A DNA stretch of 44,190 nt from Octopus bimaculoides (Eukaryota): the NCBI RefSeq assembly GCF_001194135.2, contig NC_068986.1, forward strand, positions 62,676,566 to 62,720,755, written 5' to 3'. Both the position numbers and the translations under genes were made by a program. The first letter of the stretch is position 1. Each line of letters begins with the position of its first letter. The notes beneath the pieces are model-generated. The model was not told where the DNA came from and searched no databases. It saw nothing but the letters and a program-made list of their open reading frames with translations. This document shows positions 1-11,649 of this stretch, in pieces.

Positions 1-250
1 GACTGGCTTGTGCGGGTGGCACATAAAAGACACCATTTCGAGCGTGGCCGTTTTCGTGCGGGTGACACGTAAAAGCACCCACTACACTCTCTGAGTGGTT
101 GGCGTTAGGAAGGGCATCCAGCTGTAGAAACTCTGCCAAATCAGACTGGAGCCTGGTGTTGCCATCCGGTTTCACCAGTCCTCAGTCAAATCGTCCAACC
201 CATGCTAGCATGGAAAGCGGACGTTAAACGATGATGATGATGATGATGAT
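1..250 (+). mobile_element. SINE, 3' part, with (GAT)n tail
   Basis: Body ...gagtggttggcgttaggaagggcatccagctgtagaaac...ccatgctagcatggaaagcggacgttaaac(gat)n. A close reverse-complement copy lies at 34236-34382. Confidence 0.85.
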
Positions 251-859
251 ATAAAGGAGAAGGTGGAGGTGAATAAAAGAAATTGATTGTTAAATATAAT
301 AATTAAAAATGAAGATTTTGTATAGTGAAACTATACCCCTCCTGGTAAAAAGTGGTAGGACTTGGCCATTATAAATAGACCAGTAGCCAGTAGTTAAGGG
401 AGGGTCGAGAGTCGACAGTTGTAGTTATTGACTTGTGGAGCTATCAGTGATAGTAAGACAGAAGAAGTTAGTGTATTACTATTCCAGTATGAAGAGATAC
501 AACAGTATCTGATGACTAGTAACTATTGTGGCTACTAGCATAAAACAGCATCTACAGTACAATTTCAGTCACACATCACACCAGTGGGAGAAAACCCACT
601 TTACAATGGATGCACAAAGTAAAAATGGGGAAAACTTTGAGAGGAGTAAGTCTTGTAAAAGATGAAGACAAGTTATGCAAGGGATTTTTGTTTTTTATCA
701 CAGAAATGCTAAAATGCTAAGATTTTATGGAGTCCACATGATGGTTGACACAAATGATTTTTAGACCATAGAATATTTTTGTATAAAAAGGAAATTTACA
801 GTGAATGTGATACTAAAAAAAGGATAGTAAATAAAGTTAATAGCATACTGTAACCTGAA

Positions 860-1790
860 GCCAATATCCCTTGCAATAGCTTCATCAGGTATGCTTCAAC
901 TTTGGGACATTGCATTTCATGCTAATGTGTGAATGTATTAAGAATGATATTGTTACTGCAATGTTATTTACAAGAACATTAAGCAATTGTTTGAGATGAA
1001 AGCATTATATCATATTTGAATTTGTGACTGTTGATGGAAAGTCTTAGGAAATCATATTTGTATCTGATTTCTTTTATGACAAAAGGAACAAAAGAAGATA
1101 AAGTTAATGACAGAATAAAGGCCTAGTAAAGTAATGATGTAAATGCTGGGAATTTTTCAAAGTTACTTATAACAGCTGGCAAGAGAGAAATAGTCCCAGT
1201 TGTTGCAAATGGAATGATAGATTTTAAAGAAATATGTGGTATGCTGGATAACAACAGAAACTGAATTTGGTAAATATTCTAGCTGGTTTTGGGAAAGATA
1301 AATTTCAGCTAATAGATAGGACAGTCCAGAACATTGATTCTGAAATTATGAATGAAATCTTTTGGCAAAAATATGAATATGATTTCATTGACATAGAGAG
1401 TGGTAGTCACAGTAAATAGGAATTGATTATCTTACTGAATTTTAAAACTTCTTGAGAAATACTAAATCTGAAGATTAATGCTCCCGTAATGTTAAAGAAT
1501 ACAAAAAAAAAAAAAAAAAATCAGGCAAGTTACAAAGCAAAAATGTTTCCATTCTAAGAACTCCAATAGTGCCAACTGATTATGGAGTTGAACTTTAAAG
1601 AATTTAGGATTTCTGTTTGAATATGCTTTACAATGTCAATTGATAAAGCCCAATGTTGGAGCTAAAAATGCTGACCTTTATCAGCAATTCATGTAATTTT
1701 AGAATCCATGTTTAACAGTTGGAAGAATAGAAAACCATTATATATCATTGTAAAATGGAAAACCAAGAGTAAGACTCATCATAAAGCTCT
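860..1790 (+). pseudogene. Heavily decayed Helitron PIF1-like helicase fragment
   Basis: Hand translation across frameshifts gives SLAIASSG (867-890), LNLKINAPVML (1462-1494), ILRTPIVPTD (1551-1580), ICFTMSIDKAQ (1621-1653) and a ...HHKALQ-like end. These are collinear with Helitron helicase motifs (IALAVASSG, LKLKVGAPIMLLRN, IPRIPLIPTD, FAMSINKAQG). Confidence 0.75.
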
Positions 1791-1922
1791 TCAGTATTAT
1801 TCTTTATATTATATTACTCTTATCTAATATAAGTAATTACATTATTTCAACTGATTTTATATTGCAAGAAAGTAGTATGAAAATATATTGTATTTTCCAT
1901 GATAACAATATGCATTATATAT

Positions 1923-1955
1923 ATGTGTGTGTGTGTGTGTAAGTGTATGTGCATG

Positions 1956-2029
<74 letters not shown>

Positions 2030-2300
2030 AGGTGGATGGGCACAAATAGCCTGAAACTGTACGGGCTGGTGATCCTGTCGTCTGCTAGAAGATGGTAGAG
2101 GTTTGCTCCCCAGCTTGCAATATATATTAGGAGCAGATTGCATCAATAACCAGCTGGAGGAGGCTTCTCCTGGGGTTAAAAACAGTAGTAACCTCGATTC
2201 CCTACAGAACAGTCATATTGATGTGGTGATAAACATTACCTCTCAGAATAGTTACTACTTTCATTTCTTATTGAGATTTTCTATCTAGCTACTTTGCTTG

Positions 2301-2345
<45 letters not shown>

Positions 2346-2410
2346 CATGTACATATTCACACACACACACATATATATATGTGTGTGTGTGTGTGAGAGA
2401 GAGAGAGATT
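1923..2410. repeat. Microsatellite cluster (CA/TG)n, (TA)n, (GA)n
   Basis: Direct reading. Similar tracts occur at 8288-8346, 11241-11276, 23555-23655, 30664-30740, 32680-32724 and 38177-38230. Confidence 0.95.
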
Positions 2411-3249
2411 GCTTAGCCCTACCTGAGATTTGAAACTGAATCCACACACTTGTTGCTTGTCAGACAAATGTCTGACCATTTGTGCTTTATCTCTATGCTG
2501 GAAGATTAATGAGAAACACCTGACCTCTGGGGATCTTTACTGGTCATGAAAGGGTCAGTCCATTGTTTTATGCTTGACCTACTTCCTGGCCATACCGTAT
2601 ATAACTGAGAGCATCTTTCTCTTGATCTTTTCTGTTCTACTGGCTAATAGAGAGCACATATCTCTCTTCATTTCAGCCATTAATCAGGAGCATAGCATAG
2701 GCTGAATGGAAAAGGACCACATAATCCATACCCCTTCTTCCTCTCTGTCATCAGAATATACTTGGATTTCATGCACACTGCCATCGAGCAACCAGCACAT
2801 TATACCATTGTCAATTACAACTATATCTGTCTTACTAACCACTGCTGGTGAATAAATCTGTGAATATTATTCTTTTCTCTTCAATGTTGTTATTACCCTT
2901 TTTCATCCTATAATTGACTATCTACATATAGCAACCTGATGTGGAACAAGAAGCACTATTTCTTCATCAAGTAACTTTTCAATCTGTACAGTATGATTGG
3001 TACCTCCAATGCAAGAACCTTACATTCGTACATTACATATGGTGACCTTTCACATCTTACCACTACATTTGGTAACTCTGATATACACACACACCGGTTC
3101 ATTGCATATATATATGATATAAATCCCATTCTGTGTGTGTGTGTAAAAGATTATAATACCTGTATTTTTCAACTGATTTTACTCCAAACTCGGAATATAC
3201 ATTACTTATGTTCCAGGGGTGGTTTTAGACTCTTAAAATTTTTCACAGA

Positions 3250-4830
3250 ATGAGTAATGGGCCCCCTAGTGGCAGAAAACACCCGTTTCTGGGTTACACG
3301 GAGAAGGGAGGTAACTCTTTGCGAAGTAACTTTCAGAAATTGATTGTCTCCCTTACATCCATTAGTCATAAAAAAAATAATAAGTATTGCTTTCTATATT
3401 AGATTCACGTTTTTGAAAGTTTTAAAATATTTACTTCTGGTTTTCTAGCATCAGTGACGTCTATATCCCTCTACCTATATCCCTCTATCCATATCTCTCT
3501 ATCTATATCTATCTATCTGCTTATATCTATCTATCTATATCTATCTTATTTGCCGAACTAGCTAGCTCTCTCTCTTTCTCGCTCTCCTCCTCTCTCTATA
3601 TCTCACTCCCTATTGTTTTCATTTTCATTTTTTGGACGCTAATCGCTATTGTTTTCACTGTATGATTTCAATCACTATTTACAAACAACAATGACAAATT
3701 ACTGACCGAAATAAGTTCACAATTACGGATGAAAGTAATTTCATACGTAATTTACTGACAAAAGTAACTTCATAAATTTCACTTCAATCCGTACACTTCG
3801 TTAAATTTGCTTACAAATTTCTTATTTACTTTTGCAACGTTTTGTGTTTTGTTGTTGATGGAATTACTGATAAAAGTAAGCTCATAATTTACTGATAGAA
3901 GTAATTTCAAAAATTTCACTTAAATCCATACACTTAGTTAATTTCCCTAAAAATTTGTTATTTACTTTTGCAAGGTTTTTGAGTTTTCTGTTGTTAACAG
4001 CTTTTTTCTGGTTCCTTCGATACTGGCTCTTTGGTTCACTGACACATTTCACTTCAACCTGTAGAATTCTTTATTTTTCTTAAAAATTTCTTATTTACTT
4101 TCTGCCCATCGTATTAAAGAATATAATTTCCATTGCCTAGTTATTTTCATTGTTTACTATCTTCTGCACCTGTATATTTCTGTATAAGTATATAACCATA
4201 CCTAGAAGGAAAGTGTCAAATTTGTCTACAATGTCAAGGTCAGCCAAAAGAATGTCTCTGTCCAGGGAAAGAGAGACAGTTGCAGAAAGGGAAGCATACC
4301 AAGAAATGAACTGACTGTGCACTACAAAAGCCAGAGTGCCTCAAAGTGATGAACAGAAGTATGCACGGCTGATAAGGAATAGGATCTCCACTGAAGAATG
4401 AAAAGCAGTCACAACAGCTCAGAGAAGCAACTTCTATGAAGCAGCTTTCAATTATGATCCAGCAGTTCATTATGCAGATGACACTAGAGTTTCCATTGGT
4501 GAAATGACAACTAGTGCATACATTGTAAATCAAGGAAGTGACCTGGAGAGACACCTGCACTGTGCTGCAATAGTGGAAAGATTAAACTTCTTGCAATCCC
4601 CCAACCTCCAGAGCCATTGAAGAAACTGTCATCATCAAATGACCAAGATTCCAAGCACACCCAAAACAAAATTAGACAATACAACGCTGCACTATAGATC
4701 ACATCATTTGGAGCCACAAAAGATTTAACTGAGCCAGGATTCATGCAAAATTTCAAGATCCAAGGTCAGATTTATCATGGGATTGACTCTCTACTACCTC
4801 TGTCAAATGAATCACCAAAATCAACCTTTC
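3250..4830 (+). mobile_element. Helitron 5' remnant: non-coding leader with ~130-bp tandem repeats plus decayed Rep N-terminus (from 4198)
   Basis: From 4198: (M)PRRKVSNLSTMSRSAKRM...AFNYDPAVHY...PGETPALCCNSGKIKL...PPEPL...IRQYNAAL..TSFGA...FKIQGQIYH, with stops and frameshifts, matching the Helitron Rep N-terminal region. The tandem unit is at about 3750-3860 and 3880-3990, with a partial copy near 4045-4100. Confidence 0.8.
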
Positions 4831-5664
4831 ATTGTTTATAATCTGGACCTGTTTTTGGTTACGAAATAGGCTACACAAAATGTGTTTTTGAATTACATGT
4901 ATCTACTTTATATACATANNNNNNNNNNNNNNNNNNNNNNNNNNNNNNNNNNNNNNNNNNNNNNNNNNNNNNNNNNNNNNNNNNNNNNNNNNNNNNNNNN
5001 NNNNNNNNNNNNNNNNNNTATATATATATATATATATATATGTATGATACCCTATATGTCATTAATATATATTTAATATGCTATTTGCATTTATATATAC
5101 CCTTATTCCAGTTTTAATCATTCTACTTCATTTGTTCCACTATATTCTTCTATTACCTTTTACGTTCAAACTTACTGAGTGGTATCATGTTTTCAGCTTT
5201 AGCCCATTTACTTATTACTCTGCAGACATGTATTTCTTACAAAAATCAGAGACAATTTGAAATAGCTAAAAATTCAGAAGGCTAAGGTTTGTTGGTGCCT
5301 CCTCATGTTTAATATTGTTCTGCAGGAAATTTTACAGTGAGTGTGAATAATAATGAAAATTGCATGCATTTTCAGCTTTTGCAAAGTATATAATCTTATA
5401 TGTTGTGAATGTACAGCTTTTACATAAATTAAACTTGCTGTCCTTTGAAAACCTTTAGAAAATATTTGTAACCTGTTTGTAAGACCATGTGAAAATATGA
5501 ATATACTTTGGTAATTTTGAATATATATACATGTACAACATTTGTGAAAATAGGTAGAGCATTTATTGTAGAAAACAACATAATGTACAATAATGAGTGA
5601 ATCATTAACAACAACACATTGTACATGTTATGGTTTGTACAATATTTGGGGAATGATGAATATA

Positions 5665-6711
5665 AGTTTCACAACCGACATCTACCACAAACCTACAGAC
5701 TCACAACAATACCTCCTTTTCAGCTCATGCCACCCAAAACACACCAAAATAAATATCCCCTTCAATTTAGCTAAAAGAATTTGTACCATTGTCTCTGACC
5801 CAACCACTCGAGAAATACGCTTACAAGACCTCAAAAAAACACTATCATAACGCCAATATCCCTCCACAATCATAGATTTTGGCATAAAACGTGCCAAGGA
5901 ACTTGACAAGAACACACTAAAAACCTACCAACACAATAACACACCCAACCCCAAAATACTTCCATACATCTCCACCCACAACCCCAAAATAATCGAAGCA
6001 TACACCACAATCCAACAAAACCTCCCCTTACTCACCAAAGACCCGAAAATGAACAATATCATAAATACACACAAAGTCCTTAAATGCAAAAGGCAACACA
6101 AATCTTTGAAAAAACTCTTAACCGATGCCAAACTACATACACCACTTCCACCCTCATCAGTTAAAAAATGTGCACGCCCAAATTGTGGTACCTGCCCCTT
6201 CCTACTTGAAGGCTCTGAATTTACCTTCAAACGAGGAACAAAGTTTAAAATCAAAACCAATTTCTCTTGTTCCTCTGGGAACCTCATTTATGTCCTTACA
6301 TGTGTAGGTTGCCAACACTTCTATATCGGACATACGAGCCTCCCGTTGCGTAGAAGAGTAGCAGTCCATAAAGAACAAATAAATCTCCCTCAATACCGCC
6401 AAATTCCACTCAGTGGCCACATAGACTCTTGCGCCAGAAACAAAAACCCTAAATTCCTTATATTCCCTTTCTATCAATGTAAAGACAGAATCTCCACACA
6501 AGAAAGAATCAACAAGGAGAATCTTTTCATAGAGAAATTCTAACCATTTCTTAACACACAAACCCCTCAGTGACCTTATTTCTCTAGGAACAGACATAAA
6601 CTTCCTGTTGACAAAGAGTTCATAACTCCAACTAAAGAGATTTGTCTCCCCTTACACACACTTCCTGTTTTGACACTACACTTCCTGTTTTTGACACCAC
6701 ACTTCCTGCTT
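5665..6711 (+). mobile_element. Penelope-like retroelement, 5'-truncated (RT thumb plus GIY-YIG endonuclease)
   Basis: TTDIYHKPTDSQQYLLFSSCHP...IPFNLAKRICTIVS continues through an in-frame stop at 5848 into ORF 6049-6543, which contains CARPNCGTC, NLIYVLTCVGCQHFYIGHT...RRRVAVH and ERINKE. Confidence 0.93.
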
Positions 6712-7657
6712 NNNNNNNNNNNNNNNNNNNNNNNNNNNNNNNNNNNNNNNNNNNNNNNNNNNNNNNNNNNNNNNNNNNNNNNNNNNNNNNNNNNNNNNNN
6801 NNNNNNNNNNNNNNNNNNNNNNNNNNNNNNNNNNNNNNNNNNNNNNNNNNNNNNNNNNNNNNNNNNNNNNNNNNNNNNNNNNNNNNNNNNNNNNNNNNNN
6901 NNNNNNNNNNNNNNNNNNNNNNNNNNNNNNNNNNNNNNNNNNNNNNNNNNNNNNNNNNNNNNNNNNNNNNNNNNNNNNNNNNNNNNNNNNNNNNNNNNNN
7001 NNNNNNNNNNNNNNNNNNNNNNNNNNNNNNNNNNNNNNNNNNNNNNNNNNNNNNNNNNNNNNNNNNNNNNNNNNNNNNNNNNNNNNNNNNNNNNNNNNNN
7101 NNNNNNNNNNNNNNNNNNNNNNNNNNNNNNNNNNNNNNNNNNNNNNNNNNNNNNNNNNNNNNNNNNNNNNNNNNNNNNNNNNNNNNNNNNNNNNNNNNNN
7201 NNNNNNNNNNNNNNNNNNNNNNNNNNNNNNNNNNNNNNNNNNNNNNNNNNNNNNNNNNNNNNNNNNNNNNNNNNNNNNNNNNNNNNNNNNNNNNNNNNNN
7301 NNNNNNNNNNNNNNNNNNNNNNNNNNNNNNNNNNNNNNNNNNNNNNNNNNNNNNNNNNNNNNNNNNNNNNNNNNNNNNNNNNNNNNNNNNNNNNNNNNNN
7401 NNNNNNNNNNNNNNNNNNNNNNNNNNNNNNNNNNNNNNNNNNNNNNNNNNNNNNNNNNNNNNNNNNNNNNNNNNNNNNNNNNNNNNNNNNNNNNNNNNNN
7501 NNNNNNNNNNNNNNNNNNNNNNNNNNNNNNNNNNNNNNNNNNNNNNNNNNNNNNNNNNNNNNNNNNNNNNNNNNNNNNNNNNNNNNNNNNNNNNNNNNNN
7601 NNNNNNNNNNNNNNNNNNNNNNNNNNNNNNNNNNNNNNNNNNNNNNNNNNNNNNNNN

Positions 7658-7702
<45 letters not shown>

Positions 7703-8285
7703 TTCTATATCCTTGTATGTTGGATATATAATATAACGAAGCAGGGGGAAAGTATTTACTTGATGCACTACTATTAATATTACACTAGATTCAATGCTCT
7801 ATATCAACAGCTCACAGTGAATTGCTTATCAGTCTGAACTGCCAATCGCTCACAGTTCTTTACTTTATATCAATGAGTCAGTCTACTTTCAGTCACCAGA
7901 TTTAAATCATGGGTGGCCCGGGGCACTTCAAATTCGGTAGGCCTCTTATACTCAAGAATTAAAATCTTAGAAAATTACCAAATTTAAATCTCAAAACACA
8001 TCCATTTCATGAATTTGATACATTAGCAGGGAAAGTTTAAATAAATGACTGAAAATATCACTTTATAGATACACTTTTTCAAAATTCAAATTTCATTTTT
8101 CACACATTCACTTGCAGTGTTTGTCTTTACCTTCATTGTGAAAAGTACAAGGAAGGAGGGGAAAGGGGATAAGATTTTTTTTGCTTTTAATGCATGTTAC
8201 AAATATTTCAGAATGCAGAATAAGATAAAATGATAGAAAATTATGATAAAGAAAAATAATTTTAGTGGTTGTTGCTGTTCCAAAG

Positions 8286-8349
<64 letters not shown>

Positions 8350-8969
8350 GGAGGGAGGTGGAGATATCAACATTTAAAAGACATGCATTTTAAAAATTCT
8401 TCTTTTAAAAGAGCTTCCCTTCATTATTTAGCAATGTGGGTGGAAATCCTGACAAAATCGGGGCAATTCAAACCACTATTTCTGAAAGTCTGTATTTCAG
8501 GTTTCCAGTAGGGGTAGGTGGGGCACAATGAGTAATATTTACTGCATTTTTGACTTTGAGGAAAATATATTTTTTTACAAATGTTCACTATCTTGCCAAA
8601 ACTATACCAGCTAAGTAAAGACCTTCTCTAAATGCAGTAAAACCTGTAACATAAGAACACTATTTCAGAACATTATCAGTTTTCTTTGAGCATATAAAAT
8701 GCAAATTTAGGCGGGGCAAAATGAGTAAGACAAAGTAAATATGCCCTTCCAGTTTTCCATAATTAGATTTGAAAAAATAGTCATACACATACACATAATC
8801 ATCCATCCTTAGACATCAGAAATCCAGCAAAATTTAAAATATCTTGGTCAAATGAAAGAGGATTATCGAAAAATAGCACATAATATAAAATTAAAGAAAA
8901 TCAACTAAATCTAAAAACTTAGTATAAAATATTCTTTATAGCTTCTTCTCCAAAAATTATTCAGATACT

Positions 8970-9045
8970 TTATTTTCACCTAGCAAGACTTATCGTAGAT
9001 GTCGTAATAAATCACACCCGGACAACGTCGGGTTATACTGCTTGT
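8970..9045 (+). mobile_element. Isolated Helitron 3' terminus
   Basis: Hairpin cccgg-acaacg-tcggg (9017-9032) followed by ttatactgCTTGt. Near-identical to the 3' end at 21575-21647, which ends CTAGt. Confidence 0.75.
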
Positions 9046-9126
9046 AAAAATATAAAATGGCGACAATTTACCCATTGCACCCTGTATGTGTGTGCGCATA
9101 TATATATCTATAATTATATATATAAG

Positions 9127-9430
9127 GCATAGGCATGGCTGTGTGGTAAGAAACTTACTTCCCAATCACTTGGTACCAGGTTCAGTTCCACTGCATAGCA
9201 CCTTGAGCAAGTATCTTCCACTATAGCCTCAGGCCAACCAAAGTCTCGTGAGTGGATATGGTAGATGGAAGTGGAAAGAAGTCTGTGTGTTTTTCTGTCT
9301 TCGTCTGTCTCACCACTTTTGCTAGACAACTGCTGTTGGTGTGTTAATGTCTCGATAGAGACTGGTAGAATAAGTACCAAGCTTAACAAAGGAAAAGTGT
9401 CAGGATTGATTCATTTGACTAAAAATTCTT
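9127..9430 (+). mobile_element. tRNA-headed SINE
   Basis: Starts ggcatggctgtgtggtaag...ggttcagttccactg...caccttgagcaagt. Minus-strand relatives at about 22855-23017, 23405-23545 and 32215-32350. Confidence 0.8.
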
Positions 9431-10017
9431 CAAGACAGTTAAAATTTATACATATATATATATATATTGTTGTGGAAGGATTCTGACCACCTGCTAAGTT
9501 ACTTAAGGGGTACTGACTCATTGTTATAAAGTAAAGAACTGTGAGCAATTGACAGTTCGGGTTGGTAAGCAGTTCACTGTGAGCTGTTGATATAGAGCAT
9601 TGAGTTTCATGTAACATTAATAGTAGTGCGTCGTGTAAATACTTTCTTTCCCCCTGCTTTGTTATATTATATATGCAACATACAAGGATATAAAAGTGGC
9701 AATAAGTTGTTCAAAGCTTGTGTTGGACGCTTAAATTTTTTATTTATTTTTGGTATGAAACCAAAAGAAAAAAATCATTTAATATGGAAGATTTATTGGC
9801 CTCAGGGGTGCAGTTGTAACAGAACCAGCTGCAGCAACAACAGCAACTACAGAAACAGCAACTACAGCAGCAGTAACTACAACAGCAACAATAAAACCAA
9901 ACGAAAAAAGCCCTTATGATGTAAATATGTTCATAATTCAAAAGACAATGAAATTAATAGGGAAAGTCTGAAGGCGTAATATTATCAAGCATACGTAAAT
10001 TTCATCCGTCTAACTGG

Positions 10018-10284
10018 CTATACAAATGCTTGTGCAAAACAACTTTCTGCGCTGCCCTGATTATACATAGCAGGGTAATTCCTTTTCGCAGGAGGTAGGA
10101 CGGCAATTTCTGATGAAGCAATTGCTGGTGATCTGTTGCTACACAGTTCTGCCAGAATTCTATCAGATTGGGCAGTAGATGTCGATGCATCATTTTGCAT
10201 TACGTTCAAAGTAGCTTCTGGAAGTTGCTGTCTTTTTAAACTGGTTGCTTTCTTTCCCCTGCAAACTTTCTTCTTTGGAGGCAT
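10018..10284 (-). CDS. 88-aa ORF (MPPKKK...) inside the non-autonomous Helitron; function unknown
   Basis: Intact ATG-to-stop frame. The C-terminal 51 codons are also open in copy 2 (21270-21425). Expression is not shown. Confidence 0.35.
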   Translation of the reverse strand: MPPKKKVCRGKKATSLKRQQLPEATLNVMQNDASTSTAQSDRILAELCSNRSPAIASSEIAVLPPAKRNYPAMYNQGSAESCFAQAFV

Positions 10285-10354
10285 AATCTATGTATATACT
10301 AAACAGAACAACAAAAGTTATAACAGATGGCAGGGTCGGTAGTTTTCACATTTC

Positions 10355-10588
10355 TGTAATTTTTCAGATTAACACCCGCACAATTACCTAATCCTAACCC
10401 TAAAACCCTAACCCTGACCCTAAAACCGTAACACTAACTCTAATCCTAACCCTAACACTAACCCTAACTTTAAGCCCTAACCCTAACCCTAAACCGTAAC
10501 CATAACCCTAAAACCCTAACCCTGACCCTAAAACCCTAACCCTAACACCTTAGTGCAAATTGTGCGGGTGTTAATCTGAAAAATTACC
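10355..10588. mobile_element. Merlin-like MITE filled with degenerate (CCCTAA)n
   Basis: TIR gtaatttttcagattaacacccgcacaatt matches perfectly at both ends, with terminal t/G on the left and C on the right. 8-bp TSD cacatttc at 10347-10354 and 10589-10596. Confidence 0.8.
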
Positions 10589-11239
10589 CACATTTCTAAT
10601 GAAGTTCACTGATTTGCAATGTGTTGTCCTGTCTACATAAGCTCTGTGGTTTGTATATTTACAAAACATTGACGAACATGAGTTATCTTGTAGTGAATGC
10701 TTGTGTGTACGTGCGCGTGTATGCGTATGCATTTGAGAGAGCGAGAGAGAAGAGGGAGATAGGAAGAGAGAGAGAGAGGGGGAGAAAGGAATAGAGAACG
10801 GGAGCAATGAAGAGAGAGAAAGAGAGGAAGGGTGAACGGAAGACAGTTATAAAATAGCAATGCGTGCGCATGTTTATATAAGAAACACACAGAAGCTAAA
10901 TCTTATATCTATAATGTTGATGTGTGTATGCGTTTATGTGTATGTTGTTGTCACAGATCACGTATATGTGGTTGTGTGTGTTTTTACATTTCTATGTTAT
11001 GAAAAATAGGTAAAGAATACTAAGAGGAGACAAGGACGCTGAACATGCAGACAGAATGGTCGAAGCAGAGAAATGGCGATAAGCCCCAGATGACCAGGTC
11101 ACGTGGATAGTTAGAGGCAGAGGGATAGAAGAAAGCTATTTAAATGGGAGAGAGGAAGAAGAACGAAGTAAGAGTGAAAAGGTAGATAGAAGGAAAGAAT
11201 AATCTTAAAGCAAGTTAATCTATGACTTTGTATGTATCA

Positions 11240-11280
<41 letters not shown>

Positions 11281-11649
11281 TTTTACTCTTACTCTCTATA
11301 TTGAGCGCGTGGTCGATGTGTAAGAACGTCGGTACAGGTAGAAGGGAAGAAATATTAAAGTTGCTTGAAACAACAGCCAAATCTCCCTTAAATCACACAA
11401 AGTAAACGGAATTTAAAAAATCTAATTACTGCACTGGAAAGTTCACATCGGGAAAATTGCATTGATGTAAAAAATTTTACGAAAAAGTGGAAAATGTGGA
11501 TATCTATAAACTTTTAAAAATGCTTCACACAGACACACATCTTTAGCTTTATATCTTAAGATTTCGCACATGCGCATTGTTTGTTTTTGATTTTGCTGAC
11601 TACACAGTATAGTAGTGTCAGTTGGGCACCATCTGTGAGAAAAACTGCA

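Larger units (their letters stand above)
9900..11561 (-). mobile_element. Non-autonomous Helitron, copy 1 (3' end missing)
   Basis: 5' end reads A|TCTTAAGATATAAAGC at 11561. Segments 11330-11560 and 9900-10170 are inverted homologues of 20353-20593 and 21270-21545. Confidence 0.75.

Noticed and set aside
1847-2146. CVCV/HTHT/YIYI/YVCM-rich ORFs throughout the window
   Set aside because: Translations of di- and tetranucleotide microsatellites.
2480-3060. Possible LINE remnant on the minus strand
   Set aside because: Only vague similarity to RTE C-terminal motifs; too decayed to call without an alignment.
5326-5336. 11-nt plus-strand micro-exon (tgcag|gaaattttaca|gtgagt); similar 15-nt minus-strand candidate near 41411-41425
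   Set aside because: The first is on the wrong strand for the EGF gene and not frame-preserving; the second has a stop in phase 1. Such motifs are expected by chance.
6632-7768. Long ORFs spanning N-gaps (also about 4871-5076, 20514-21425 and 29851-30208)
   Set aside because: Artefacts: runs of N contain no stop codons.
9626-9919. Asn/Ser- or Cys-rich ORFs over the (CAG/CAA)-type tract
   Set aside because: Simple trinucleotide repeat at a TE junction with no splice or domain support.
10385-10550. True telomere or chromosome-fusion relic
   Set aside because: The repeats are degenerate, single-orientation and enclosed by TIRs plus a TSD, so they arrived inside a transposon.
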